A stretch of DNA of 64,000 nucleotides from Callorhinchus milii (lineage: Eukaryota): the NCBI RefSeq assembly GCF_018977255.1, contig NW_024704742.1, positions 92,444,001 to 92,508,000 of the forward strand. The letters run 5' to 3'. This document shows positions 1 through 23,795 of the stretch, in pieces (position 1 is the first letter of the stretch; each line of letters starts with the position of its first letter). Under the pieces are notes generated by a model, which was not told the DNA's origin, did no database searches, and saw nothing but the letters and a program-made list of their open reading frames with translations. A program made the translations under genes and the position numbers.

Positions 1-1194
1 TAAAAGCTGCAACATTCTGTCTCGTGTTGGGGGAAAATATTATAATAATTCTTGCATTTGATATTGCTTCTTGCCAGATTGGGCGAGGTGTATCAAAGTG
101 CTTCACAGGATATACTGTAAAGTGCAGTGATTGTATTTTGTAGGCAAACGCAGCAGCCAGTTGGCACTTAGCAATATCCTACAAACAGCCATAAGGTGAG
201 TGACCAATTTTACGTGGAGGATTGTTGGCCAGGACACAGGGAGACACGACTTTCTCTTTTCAGATGCTGCCACGGGATTCTTAGCATCCACCTGAACAGG
301 TAGACAAGACCTTGGTTTAAGTGTCTCAACTGAAGGATGGGGTACATCCAATGCAGCGCTTTCCCGCCACTGCATCAGAGCGCAATCTGAGACTGTGAAA
401 GGGAAGGGCATCAAAGGGGTTAACACTGGTAAAGCATTTCAGCATTTATACAGAGGCGTGATACATTTCAAATGCAATTGAGAAACTGAGCACAAATTTT
501 TAAGGAGGAATGGGAGTGGGGGGAGTTGGAGAGTGATGTGATAGTTTTCAGAAACTTCAGGGTAGTACAGGAACAAAATATTCCAGAGTAAAATATTTTT
601 AGAAGTAGTACGGGTTTGGGGTGGGGTTAGTAATTGGGGGCATTGGAACAAGAGCAGAACGTTGGTCTAATTCCACCAATTTATTGGGATCATGACTGAT
701 TTGTTAATCCTGTTTCCATGCTTTTTGTCCCCATCCCCTTAAAGCCCTTATTTCTGCATTTATTACATAGCCTATTTATCTGATTTTTTTTGGTGGTGAA
801 TTTCAATGAAGGAAGATTGTTAGCTGGGAAAACTGAGGAATTCCCTAAGTGTCTTTGTAGATTCCCTTAATGCAGCTTGAATCGCAAGGCAGATGGGATT
901 AAGAATTCAATACGACCTGAGGAATGATATAGAAATGCTTGCATTAATGTAAATGTGCATTCACAATGGCTCTCTGAATTAGCACCAACCTTGAGAACAA
1001 AATAAGGGAGTTCTCAGAGTGTCTTCAGGTGTGCTTTTTAAATCAGCACAATTGGACTAATTGGTAAGATGCAGCAGCAGTACATATTCCCTGGTGTCAG
1101 GGAATAAAGCATGGAAATAACTAATCTAAAGGTTGGAGAGTATTTAGGAAAGTGATCATGCGATGATTGTATTGGAGAGTGATTGAGCTATAAG

Positions 1195-1560
1195 TGTGTC
1201 AGCCTGGCTCAGTTGGTAGCACTCTCATCTCAGAGTCAGAACATTGTGGGTTCAAGCCCCACATTTGGATTTGGGGCTCTAATGTTGGGTGGGGAGATGT
1301 GTGTGTGTGTGTTTGTGTGCTGCATTGCTGGAGGTGCCATACTTCGGATGAGACGTTAAACAAAGGCCCCATCTACCAATACAGGTGGATGTTAAAGATC
1401 CTATGGTCCTGTTTGAAAAGAGAAAGGAGTTTTCTGATCGACAGTCCTCCAGATTAAATCGGTCGCTCACTTCATGGCTGTTTGTGGGACATTACGAATT
1501 GGCTGTCGCGTTCGACCATGAAATATAGTTGTTACACTTTACAGTAATTTCCTGTGTAAA
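1195..1560 (+). mobile_element. Older Deu-domain SINE
   Basis: gtcagcctggctcagttggtagcactctc..gggttcaagcccc..cttcggatgagacgttaaac..aaagatcc..gctgtttgtgggac. Confidence 0.75.
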
Positions 1561-2949
1561 TTCAAGTATTATTGTTAGGCTTACTATCACAATAGGTAGA
1601 GGAGATACCACAGGTTAGAGGTTGTTGGTTGGAAAGGAGCACATTATAGAGTGATTGAAAATCAAAGCCGTACAGGTTAAAATTAGAGGGAAACACTTCA
1701 GGTAAAATAGACCAGCAGTGGGAAAACTATAAGATGAGTAGGATTCAGAGTAAGCACCATCCAACTAGGAGTAAAGACGTTGCATTAAAGATTGGAGTTT
1801 GCATTTTGTGGATGAGCAAGGAGGCAAGTTCAAAAATAAGCACGTAATATAGGTCTGCTAAAACAGGATAACTGACAGAGCAAAAAGAGTTTCTAAAGGT
1901 TAAGACTATGAGGTATGAAAACAATTATGGTAAAAAAACAATATGTTCAAACAACAAAGATATTCAATGAAGGAGTTGTGCAACTAAAGAGACAAGGATG
2001 AGAAATCTTAAACTGTATCAAAATAATTTGTCACTGGGTCTGAATGATCTGCATCCCAAACAGATTAGTAATGAAATAGCAGATGATTACTGTTCACAAA
2101 TTTGGCTCCTGTCTTCGCCTACAAAACGTAGTAATTCCTGTGGAGTGGTTTGAAAAGTCACTTATCAATTGCAAGTGTTATTATTTTGAAATTAATTGGA
2201 AACAGGAATTGTACCAACAGATTGGAGGGTAGGGATTGTTCCACCCTTTTCAAGAAATGGGAAGGTGCTATATCAGGGCAACTATCAGGGTAACTATGGG
2301 CCGGTTTGTCTGGCATCATTGGAGGGTAAACTGCTAGAGAATCTGAACGGTTAGAAACATGCACTGGTAAAGCAAGCTGGTTTTGAACCATTTTAGTAAA
2401 ATATTTGATGAAATTTCCCAAACATCCAATATACATACACAAGTGCAAGTTTTGTGCATTGACTTTCATAAAACACAATAGAGGGTTGCATAGAGTTACA
2501 TAGAGTGACAAGGTGTGGAAACGCGTCATTTGGTCCAACTCGTCCTTGCCGGTGTTTACGCTCCACACGAACTGCCACTCTAAGACTTGTTGCGAAGATG
2601 AAAGCCTGTGGTGGAGTTGACTGGAGGACATAACGGAAGAGTGAGATTAAATAGATGTTTCTTGACAAGACAAGGCTGGCCGCTAGGATCTCCTGTATAA
2701 CTTGTATGTAAATGAGTTGGATGGAAAATAGAATTTACAGATAGGAAAGCAAGAGAGTACCACTATCAATGAATTGAATGAGATTGAATACATTGGGAGA
2801 GTGGGCGAGTGAAAATTTGAAGCAGATAAATGTGTATTTACCTACAAATAATCACACTACACTAAACAGAAATCTCTGAAGTGCTTTGAGATGTTTCAAT
2901 GTATTAAGGTGCTATATCAAATGCAATATTATAGGTGAAGTGCATATTT

Positions 2950-3580
2950 AGGGGAAATGTGGGAGAAAAAAGGCTATAAAAAGAGCAAATGTGGGATATT
3001 AGGTTTTATTTGTAGGACATTGAATAAAGAAGAGTGCTGATTCTGTGTAAAAGAAGACATGGTTAGGCAGCAGCTGGTGCACTGTGCAGCTTTAGTCAAC
3101 CTCATTATGAAAAGGATATCGGAGCCTTGGAGAGGGTGCAGCATAGATTCACTGGGATGATAACCAGGGATGAAAGGATATAGTTATGATGAAAGGCTTA
3201 AACTGGGTCTGCATTCACTTGAGCACACAAGGTTAAGAGGGGATCTAATAGATCTGAAAAGGGTTTGAGAGGGTTAATAATGAAAGATTATTTCCATTCG
3301 GTGGTGGATCGGCAACAAGGGAGCACAGACTTGAGATTATTACCAGAGGTTAGATTTTTTTTAGGCAGTTATAAGGATGTGGAATGCTTCAAGTAGCTAT
3401 TGAAGCCCAGTCAGTTACAACACTTAAAAGGGATTTTCAACAGTTAAAGGGGAATTAGATAATCTCTAGAATCTTTGAAAGGGTGTGAGGAAAGGAGCAA
3501 GGAAATGAATTTGAAGTTGATGGGTTCAGTGGAGAGTGAGCACAGCACAGACGGGATGGACTGAACGTCCAACTCCTTGC
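2950..3580 (+). mobile_element. Degraded CR1 LINE 3' region (more decayed CR1 sequence probably extends back to ~1600)
   Basis: ggatatcggagccttggagagggtgcagcatagattcac (DI.ALERVQ.RF), ttaagaggggatctaatag (LRGDLI). Confidence 0.75.
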
Positions 3581-4569
3581 ATGCATTTGTACAGCTCCCT
3601 TCACGGAGCACTTAACAATACTGTAGTTTGATGCCAAACTGGGAAGAAAGGGGGAGGCCACCGCGACACGGTCAAAGAGGAAGGTTTTCACCGATTCTGT
3701 AATTTTTGCAATCCCAAGGTGTTGCACTTGTCTTGTACATACTTCTCAAGTATTAAGAATATTTTTAGGAGCTTTTATCAAATACTTATTACTTGAAAAA
3801 TTATGTGTTGCACATGTGTATGTCTAATGCCTTTTGATCAAATTAATTCTCAGTCTCGTATCTGTTGGGTAGAACACTAAAACCACATATTTCATTGCAG
3901 CAGCTTTTGAGATGGGGGGGGGCGGGGTGTCCCTTTTTTGTAAGTCTTTTTGTTTGTTTATTGTTTTGTTGCTTTTGTATTTTATTTTGTCCGGTGAGTT
4001 GTCGGTTTTTATTTCAGCTTTTGGCTGGTCTGTTTACCCTGTTGTACTCTTTTCCTCCCCCATCAGTATTCCTTTGAAAGGTAGTACGCTCCTGAAAGGC
4101 CAGGAGTAGTTTTTTGGGGGGGAGGAAGGAGGGAGGGAGGGTATGGAGGGAAAGGTCAGGATTTTCAGAAGTTCATGGGAAATAAATAAGATGCTCATTT
4201 TTTTCCTGTGAGTCAATGGAGCAGGACATGTTCACTGAGGACCTCTGGTGGCAGATGGCCAATACTGCAACTGCACAAACCCTTATAAAGGACAGAAGGA
4301 CTTGAACATTTCCAAATCGGGTCGAGAAACAATTTTCCACCTCCTTTTATTTACCACTATTTTTTCTCACTGTTCTTCACAGAGCGAAAGTCCTAGAAGG
4401 CCTTTGCAGCTTTCACACTGCTCTTAGTAGCAGTGCTCAGCTGGGCTCTCGCTTACACCTGCTTTGTTTAATCGTAGGGAAAACAAACCAAGTGTTGACA
4501 GGTCCTATGTGAACAATTTGCGTGTGGTCCAGAGGAGACCTAGATATCCCTGGTCACGTCATTCTATGT

Positions 4570-5010
4570 TTTATTTTGGTCAGCCGGATGTCAGACACAG
4601 GAGGAAACCTATCATCGTGCTTAGGAGTATCCAAACCAGACAAAATTAAAATTCCCTGGAATGAAATGTGCACTCTCTCCCTGGAGGGACACATCCTGTT
4701 TATCTAATCCCGGAGAATATTAGGCTTCGGTTGGTGAGAGCCAAGGTTTGGGGCCTGCAGAGTATGCATTGAGTTTAATCAGCTAAAACTGCATAACTTG
4801 CCATTGAGAACACTGTTATTTACAAGTTATTTGCTCCTTGGCAGCTAGGATGACCCTACCTGTTAGGGCTTTGCAGGGTTGATGGAGGGGAAGAACTTTA
4901 CTCCAAACCACCACTCAGCCCTGAACCAGGCTGGCAGGCACTGGAGTATTGCCGATCTGCCTGGCTCACAGACTGCACTACTGAGACTGCCACAGGATTG
5001 ACTCGATTCC
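4570..5010 (+). repeat. Second copy of the unclassified dispersed repeat
   Basis: Collinear with ~14878-15330. Confidence 0.75.
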
Positions 5011-5589
5011 AATATTCCATCGCCAAGTATGTTATCTTGGAGCCAGTTCAACTCCCAAGGAGACCCTGCTGGTCTCCCCCCTTCCCCAGCTCCCAGGAGC
5101 ATAGTTTCCTAGGTTAATGGAAACTTGGAAAGTATTCCCTCCCTGTCCACTTATTCAAAACAGCAGAATTAGGCTCTCCCATGTAACATATATTGAGTTT
5201 AGTGTATGTGATTGTTAAAGCCTTGCTATCTCTGGCTGGATCACATTAAATTCCTGTAACTCGAACTCAATTCAGAGTAAAAATGCACAATTCCAAACCA
5301 TCATAAATGTCCAATGGTGCGATTCTGAATCACAGGGACAACATATGGGTGCAATTGTTCAAGAATGTGGCTGCATTGGAATGTCTCATCTTTCATGGTG
5401 GCTGTGGGTTTCCTTCCCCATTTGTGCTGTCCCTCCTGGATATCAGCAGAGGCTGTTTCCAATGGTGGTAGTGCCGGGGGTGGGGCCGTACATTTCTGTA
5501 TTTATACAAGACTTTACGACATACCATTGACGTTTACCCTTTGATCACAATTTTGGAATGTTCTTTCAAAAGATGAGAGTTTTTCTCCC

Positions 5590-5955
5590 TGGAGAGGTGA
5601 TGATTGAGAGGGAAACTGATAGAGGGGTTGAACATTATGAAAGGTTTTGATAAAGTGGCTGTAAATAGGCTGTTTTCATTTGCTGATCATTCCAAAAACC
5701 AGGATATACATTAGTAAACATTAATATAAGATAGCTAGCAGCAGTTTAATAGGAATTTTACACAGACAATGCTGAAAATGCGGAACTCGCTGCTGGAAGC
5801 TGTGGTTGAAACAAAAACCGTCAATGTATTTAGAAGGAAATTTGATACATACATGAGGGAGCGAGGAAGTGGATTAGGAGGGGAGGAGGTTCATGTGGAG
5901 TATAAACACCAGCACAAACTAGTTTGGCCGAATGGCCAATTTCCCTGGTGTAATG
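5590..5955 (+). mobile_element. CR1 3' fragment
   Basis: gagagggaaactgatagag..attatgaaaggttttgat..tttagaaggaaatttgatacatacatg..ggccgaatggcc. Confidence 0.7.
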
Positions 5956-6238
5956 TTCCAGGCAAGGATCATTTTTACTTGTTTGAAAACTAAATTTGAC
6001 ATCAAACCTGCTTTGTGTCTTGAGGATTTTCTAAGATTAGTAATTAATTGACTTCCATAAGCACCTAATTTTGCTGTTGCAATATAAGGTCCCAGTGTGC
6101 TGGGAGGCTACTGCAGTATGTTTCACCACCAGCAACGTAGAAGGGTGTTGGCAAGGCTCCAATAAACGTTTATTTCAGCATGCAATTGATTGGGGGCATT
6201 AAGGGGGGAGAATACTGTGTGTTGCATGACTGAATACT

Positions 6239-6590
6239 GGAGTCCTGTTGCGAATTGGTTAGAGGACTTGTCCTGGGTTCGATTCCTGAGCAGGGAATCT
6301 TAGGCAAGTTTCCTTACTCCACACACCTCTGTTTACCTAGCAGTAAATAGGAATCTGGTTGTTAGTCGATTGGCAGAATGCTTTTGGGGATAATAATCCC
6401 TTCAAAATAAATAAATAATAAATTGGTCACTCAATCCAAGACTGTTAGTGGGACACCGCTGTACGCAATTGGCTGCCGAGTTTCACCCACAGAGTATTCA
6501 GTTAATACACTTTACAGTATATTCTATGAAGCACTTTGAGACGTCTCAACGGCGTGACAAGGCACCGTTTCAAATGCAAGGGTTATTGTA
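6239..6590 (+). mobile_element. SINE, longer variant
   Basis: ggagtcctgt..ggttcgattcc..ctgtttacctagcagtaaatagg..caaatgcaaggg. Confidence 0.8.
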
Positions 6591-8336
6591 ATAGCTTATC
6601 AGATTTTGATACTGTTAACCTAAACCAATAGATCCCCATCAGGAAGGGAGTCTTGGGAGGATCATAAAGTTTAAAAATCAACATTCCCAGAGTTTCTCTT
6701 CCTTTCCCGCATCTTACATTAAACAAACAAACAAACTGGAGCATTATAAACCAATTCCATTGCTGAACCAATAAGCCAGAAAGGGAGATTTTGCTGTGTG
6801 CTTTGGATCCGCTTTGAAGCTCCTGTCCTCCAGACTGCTGGAGTTTTAATAACCAAACACTGTTATACAGACTGGGTAATTGTCCTGTGAATTGCTTTTA
6901 ATAAAAGTCTGAACAAGACAAATCTAGTTTGCCAGGATAACTGAAGGTGGTGTTTTTTTGATATCTTGGAAAATTCTATCAATTGTTGCACAAAATTGAC
7001 AAGATGTCGGGGGCACCCCGCTCCCAGGGGGTCTCCTTCACATTTCTTGAGAAAGCCAATGGTTTCACATACCCACGCAACCATTGCCTTTCTCCCTTTG
7101 CTGCTGTGCCTCTGAACCAGCCGGCTTTGGACACAGATCACACGCATGAAGTCAGAGCATTGGATTGTATCTTCATTGTATTCAACTGAAGCTCAGTGGA
7201 TGCTACACTTTTGTTAAAACAAAAAAAACACAGAATAAGCGCCGCCTCATTAGATGATAGATAATAATCATATTAATCCTTGCATTTGATATAGTCAAAT
7301 CATCACGTCGTTGAGACGTCTTAAAGCGCTTCACAGAATATATTGCAAAGTGAATTCACTGTATATTTTGTGGGCGAAAAGTGGCAGCCAACTGCACACC
7401 GCAGTAATAGATGAACCCCACAAGCCGAAGGTCCAATGCCTCAGGCCAAGCCTCGCAGATTTCATTCACAGTTGAGCAGCGTCGTGTTCGGTGGGCACAT
7501 TCGATGTGAGAAATGCTAAATGAACCGACTGTTAGCCTAACATCTCACCCACAGGGGCAGCACAACGGAGAGTAGCACAAACATGAAGAACAAAACTACA
7601 GCAACCGCAAAGGCCAACAATCGCACCCACATATTAACCCTTAGGATGTGGGTTTGAATCCTGCCCCACTCAGCCCTTTACCCATTACGAGGGCAGTTAA
7701 ATAAAAATCTGGATGTCTGCACTTGTGGACACAGTTTTCCCTCTTAATTTTAAACTGTTTAATTGAAAAATATTAAAAACTGAAAATGTTTAATTATAGC
7801 AAGAGGCAAAGCCGAGGCACAATAATTTTTTTTTGACTCATTTCACTGCACTTGGATGGCTAAATTTATTTCGCGGGGTTTAATTTTTGGTTGCAGTCAT
7901 AAATGTTATAAAATGACTTGTGGGGCTCCTCTTATTTGTTTATCGGATTTATTCAATGAAATAGCTTAGGTAAAGACTCAAGGTTATAGATCCTGGTCCG
8001 CACTGGCCAAGTCAGCAATTCACGTGTTACAATTGAGCTCAGCATCTCCAGATTAGCAAGGGGAAATCAGTCAGGAAATCTCACTCCATCGATCTCTCAA
8101 GCTTTCAAGTGAGACAGGATCAGACTTTGATGACTTTTTCCCTTCCTCCGCATTCTGCCTCTCTCCCCCACACCACACCCCACACCTCCATAATAGTAGC
8201 AGCTCTAGAACTGTAGCCTCATAAAAAGGAAAGGAGATGTTCATGTCAAAATGAATGAAGGATGAAAGAGAGAAGAAACTATTCTGCCATTCCCGTGAAT
8301 ACATTTTATAATCCTTGCAATTAATATAGGGCTCTA

Positions 8337-8510
8337 CAGTAAACCTCACATAAGTCATATCAGTTGGGACCATACGCTTAATATGACTCATGCAAAGTAT
8401 GAGTTATGTGAAACTTATAAATAATAGGAAATTCAACGGGAACTGGGCAGATGTACGACTCAGTCGATTAATACAGTTTATAAAGTTCAGACTTTATGTG
8501 AGTTTTACTG
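8337..8510. mobile_element. MITE with Tc1/mariner-pogo (Tigger)-type termini
   Basis: TA|CAGTAAACCTCACATAAGT ... ACTTTATGTGAGTTTTACTG; imperfect ~20-bp TIRs; TA present on the left side only. Confidence 0.65.
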
Positions 8511-10999
8511 TTTCACATTGGCAAAATGTCTCAAAAAGTGCTTTGCACTTTTACTGTGAAGTATAGTTCAGGTGAATGTCACAGCCAATTTGTGCACAGC
8601 AGCATCTCACTAACGGCTATGAAGTGAATGACGAATTATATCTGGGGCATTGTTGCCCAGGACAAGAGTAAAAACTACCTTTTTTTGAATACAGTAATAA
8701 TTTTATAGTACAGTGTCAAATAAATGCCACTTGGATGAAAAAAAATTGTTCCTACAAAGTTAAATTCAGAAAGTACCGTTCGGAAACCGATGATTTGCAT
8801 TGGGTTACATGAATTAATCTGACATGTTTTTTCAGAAGCATAACGGAAGTATGTGTGTGTGAGTGAGACGCAGAGGGCTGAAATGCACCACAACTTTTAG
8901 GTTCCCTGTGCCAGAAACAGAATGAAGAAATCAGGAATTAATCTGGTGGAACATCATTTAATTGGGAAAATCTGACTTTGAGTGGTCTCTTTTATGATCT
9001 GGACACACTGCACGATGTAGACAGGCTGCAAGCACAGTGAGGCATCAAGAACCGGTCAGATTGCACTATGCAATGCAGTACTATGACCTGGACAGTCCTC
9101 ACTTGTAGTGAGGTGCGAGACATATGAATGCTTCTTCCCTGTTTACATTTGTCACCGCTTAAGAAGTCACGTGACTCACACTAGAGTAGAAATCTGCTGT
9201 ACCGAGAGACAGTGAGTCTCTGTTTGTGTGAATTACACACCCGATTTTACAATGCTCTCACTCTGTCTTGTTTATGAACCATGTCTTTTGCAGGCTGCAT
9301 CTTTATTTTTCACAAGGGATGTCTAAGGGCAAAGGACCTTTTTAAATCTTTCCAACAGAATACGATCTGAGTCTTAAGTTGGACTGACCCACTATGAAGG
9401 TGTTAATGTGGCGCGTTTAGTGGGCACTTACACAAGTTCGGTCTAAGGTCAGTGGTGATCGCTGATCACTGTTTGACTGTTAGCATTCACGTTCTGATGC
9501 CCAATATCTTTGGCTTCTTTTCTTTATCCTTGGGTGATCTGGTGAACTTTCCTTCAGGATCTGGGAGTTCTGTGTATTAATATTAATAATAAGCCTTGCA
9601 TTTGATAGTGCCCTTCACTTTGGAAGACGTCTCAAAGTGCTTCACAAGATTACCTGTAAATTAGCTGCTGTATATTTTGTTCGTGAACGTGGCAGCATAT
9701 GGCAATTACCCGCAAACCTTCATGAAGCGAGTGACCAATTTTATCTGGGGGATTGTGTGCCGGAAACTGGGAGAAACTCCCTTCTCTTTTCAAACTGTGC
9801 CATGGAATCTTTTGAGTTCAAAGTCCAGATTCGTGGCTTGAACCCTCAACCTTATGACTCCAAGACGAGTCTTTCTCTTGTTGCTTCTGTCTGAACCACA
9901 ATAAGGTGCATTTAGCCACTGGGCTACTGGAGAAGCAATGCCCAGGGTTATTTTCCTTAAAATAGTGGCCTGAGAAGTGGTTCGATATACGATCAACTCA
10001 TATTACATACAAAGAGATGCTCAAATTGCCTGTCCTGGGCTGTGGAAATAGGAATGAATGCAATTCAAGCTTTTCCATCGCGTTAGTTTTGAAGTGCCAT
10101 CAATATTCTGCCACTGAGCTATAAAGCTGACATCCTCTTGTAATGACTGCTACTCTCTGAGGAGCAGCAAGCAGCTTAGTTTGAAGAGCGTGAGATGCTC
10201 CGATGCAGATCATTCAGCCCGACTTCTTGTTTTAAATTCTGCTTCAGACTCAAATGTTCCCCAGTTAATATTAGCTCCAGAGCTTCATCCTCTAGACGGG
10301 CTCCCACTCTTTCTCCTTTGCCCAACCCCCTCCCACCCCATCTGCCTGGGATGGCAACAGCAGATTTCATTTGCATGAACGGAAATGACTAGTATTTGCG
10401 CAGCAGTTTGTGATGTAGAATCAGAGCCTCACCCCCCGGCACTCCATTCAACCCCTCCCCTCCCCTCCAAAAAAAAATCTATTATCCATCTGTGACACTG
10501 AACATCTGTGGTTAAAAGTCGGCTGGGGAAAAAAAGTTTCTGTCTGGGGCCTCAAATGCCTTCATGCTCAGCGATAAATTATTGTGGGTTTATCAAAATC
10601 TTCTCAAGATCATGCTTTAGGAAAGAGATTGTGCAGAGGGAGTTTTATAGCAAAACTGCAAGCGGTGTTTGTATAAAATGTTCCTGCATTTGACTTTATA
10701 CCATTTATCTGTTCATCATTTAAGAATATTTGTGGTTTTTTTTTTAAAGTTTGTGGGCGGTGAGTGGAGTGGCAAGGGGCGATTTCGAACTTCTTTAGTT
10801 ACCAAATATTTGTCTGCAAAGCTTTTCTATCCAGTTATTCGCGAAACAGTGCATTAAAAAAAGGGCAGGCTGCGTCAATCAATATTAGTTTTCCTCACTT
10901 CTATTCATTCTCTCCCTACTCCAAGCGAATTCACAAAGTCCATGGCACGGTTTACGGATCTCTAAAATAAGATATCGTTCCTCGTCACTGGAACAATAA

Positions 11000-11280
11000 A
11001 TTACATTTGACATCAGGAGGACGTCCCAAGGTCCTGGACAGTCAGGGATTTGGACCCCGTGCAAGGGATTGGGATCAGTGTGAGTAGGGGTAGAGGTGAC
11101 CGAAGGAGGGGTCAAAGAGGTGAGTTTTAAGACAGGCCTTGAAGGAGATGAGGGAAAGGGAGAGGCGAAGGGATTGTGGGATGGAGTTCCAAAGAGTGAG
11201 GGCAGAGAGGCAGAAGGCCTGACTTCCGATGGTGGGGTGGTCGGTGTGGGGACATGGAGCAGGCCGGAGGCTGCTGAGGG
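11000..11280 (-). mobile_element. LINE2 3' fragment
   Basis: LWNSIPQSLRL..FKACLKTHLF on the minus strand. Confidence 0.8.
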
Positions 11281-12518
11281 ATAAACATACCCAAGGCACT
11301 GCTTCCTGGATCGCAGGGAATACTGCTTCTGGAATCCAAAGAGTCCTTGGGATAAAGAAATGCAAAATGATGCATCTTTGCTGCCGATATTCACTTTCCA
11401 CCAAACTGTGGCACTTTTTTTTTTGCAAAGCACTGATGCAGAACCAATGCACTTGCTCGGCGAGAGAGGTTTATATTCGCACAGCGCAAAACTGATTTGA
11501 CGAATTCACCAGAGCTTACAGTGGAACATTTTCTGATATTGTTTTTTCGTGGAATCAAATCAACATATTTGGAAAAGGATGGGGAAGCCATTTTAAAATT
11601 GCACATCCATTTTCTACAATATTGTGTAATTTAGGAAGTGGGTTACTTAACACACGCGAGGCATACTATCCACCCACACTTCCTCTAAAAAAACAAGAGA
11701 AACGTGACGCACGCAACATTCAATAAATTAAAATCTAATGGGACTTCAGTTCACATTCTAGGGAGGGGAGAGAGGACGAGAACACAGAGGTCCGAGAAGG
11801 ATCAATTTCTGCATTCAGGGTATCTGATTAGCAAGTGATGTTTTTTTGGTCCAGATATTTTTGGACAGTGAAAATTGCAAATCAAATCCAATTGCAAGAT
11901 GTACTGTATAACCTGTGACTATATATCATTTTGTTACAAGTTGGGAGAATCTTGCCCAGTTCCGTTTCAGTGTGGGAACAGCTTTGAGAAGCAAGGCAGC
12001 GCTTGTGACCTTCGAGGATTATAGCCTTTTTTCCAAAGACGCTCTTTGCGCACCGTGTTCATACTATTTGTAATAAAAAAAACTGGAATAGAGCGTTCTG
12101 CTGGCTTTTATTACTTCTGCGTTAGAGTAAATGAAACGGTGTCGCCTCCAACTGATTCGTCTTCCTGAGTTTGTTGGTAGCTTAAGAAATGGGTTCCATC
12201 TTTTGGGAAACGGGTTACGTTGTATACGTGTCGGGCAGAAATTTATTTTTGAGGGGCTGCCAAAGTTATGAAGTTGAAGTCATGAGCTCTGTATTAAACG
12301 TATAACTAGAGGTCATTGCCAAGAAATATAGAAAAACGTCCTGAGCTTTATGAGCTGCAGTATTTTCTTACTGGCCCTTTGTTGCAAGTCGAGCGTAAAC
12401 AGTGTGAGCGTTGAAGTGATCCTGGAGGCCTGGTTGCGGAACAGATACTCTTTGAGGAAGCTGCTTAAATGTAAGGGATTTTTATTGTTTGTTTTTTGCG
12501 GTGGGATCTGACTGCTGA

Positions 12519-23396
<10,878 letters not shown>

Positions 23397-23789
23397 AATA
23401 AGAATCCAAGTGACCTAAAAGACTATTTAGTATTGGATGGGCTGTACGACCCCATCCCCCCTCTCCCGGATTTGCGACTGTTGAGGATCTGCACAACACT
23501 GTGGGAAAGAGCACTGGATATCACAGAGCCAGCGGTCGCCGTCCTCTGACATTCCATATATTTATAAATACAGTTAATCCCAATTGCAAAACCCACACGG
23601 AGTAGTGAAACTGGGTAGAATTTGGTCCAGTGCTTTTATTATGTTGGGGTTCTTAGGTTAACTGCTAAGACAATTTCCATAGCCAACAAGAGCAGATGAG
23701 AAGATTGGATAGTCATGTTTGTAAATGGCTGCCTGTTACAGAGAGGTTATAGCATCAATTTTTACTTTATGTAAGTCAAACGCTTTGTA

Positions 23790-23795
23790 AATAAA
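23790..23795 (+). promoter_or_regulatory. Proximal polyadenylation signal of ANP32B (second AATAAA at 23892-23897)
   Basis: AATAAA ~390 nt after the stop, followed by T/GT-rich sequence (ttttgggtttgtt). Confidence 0.65.
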
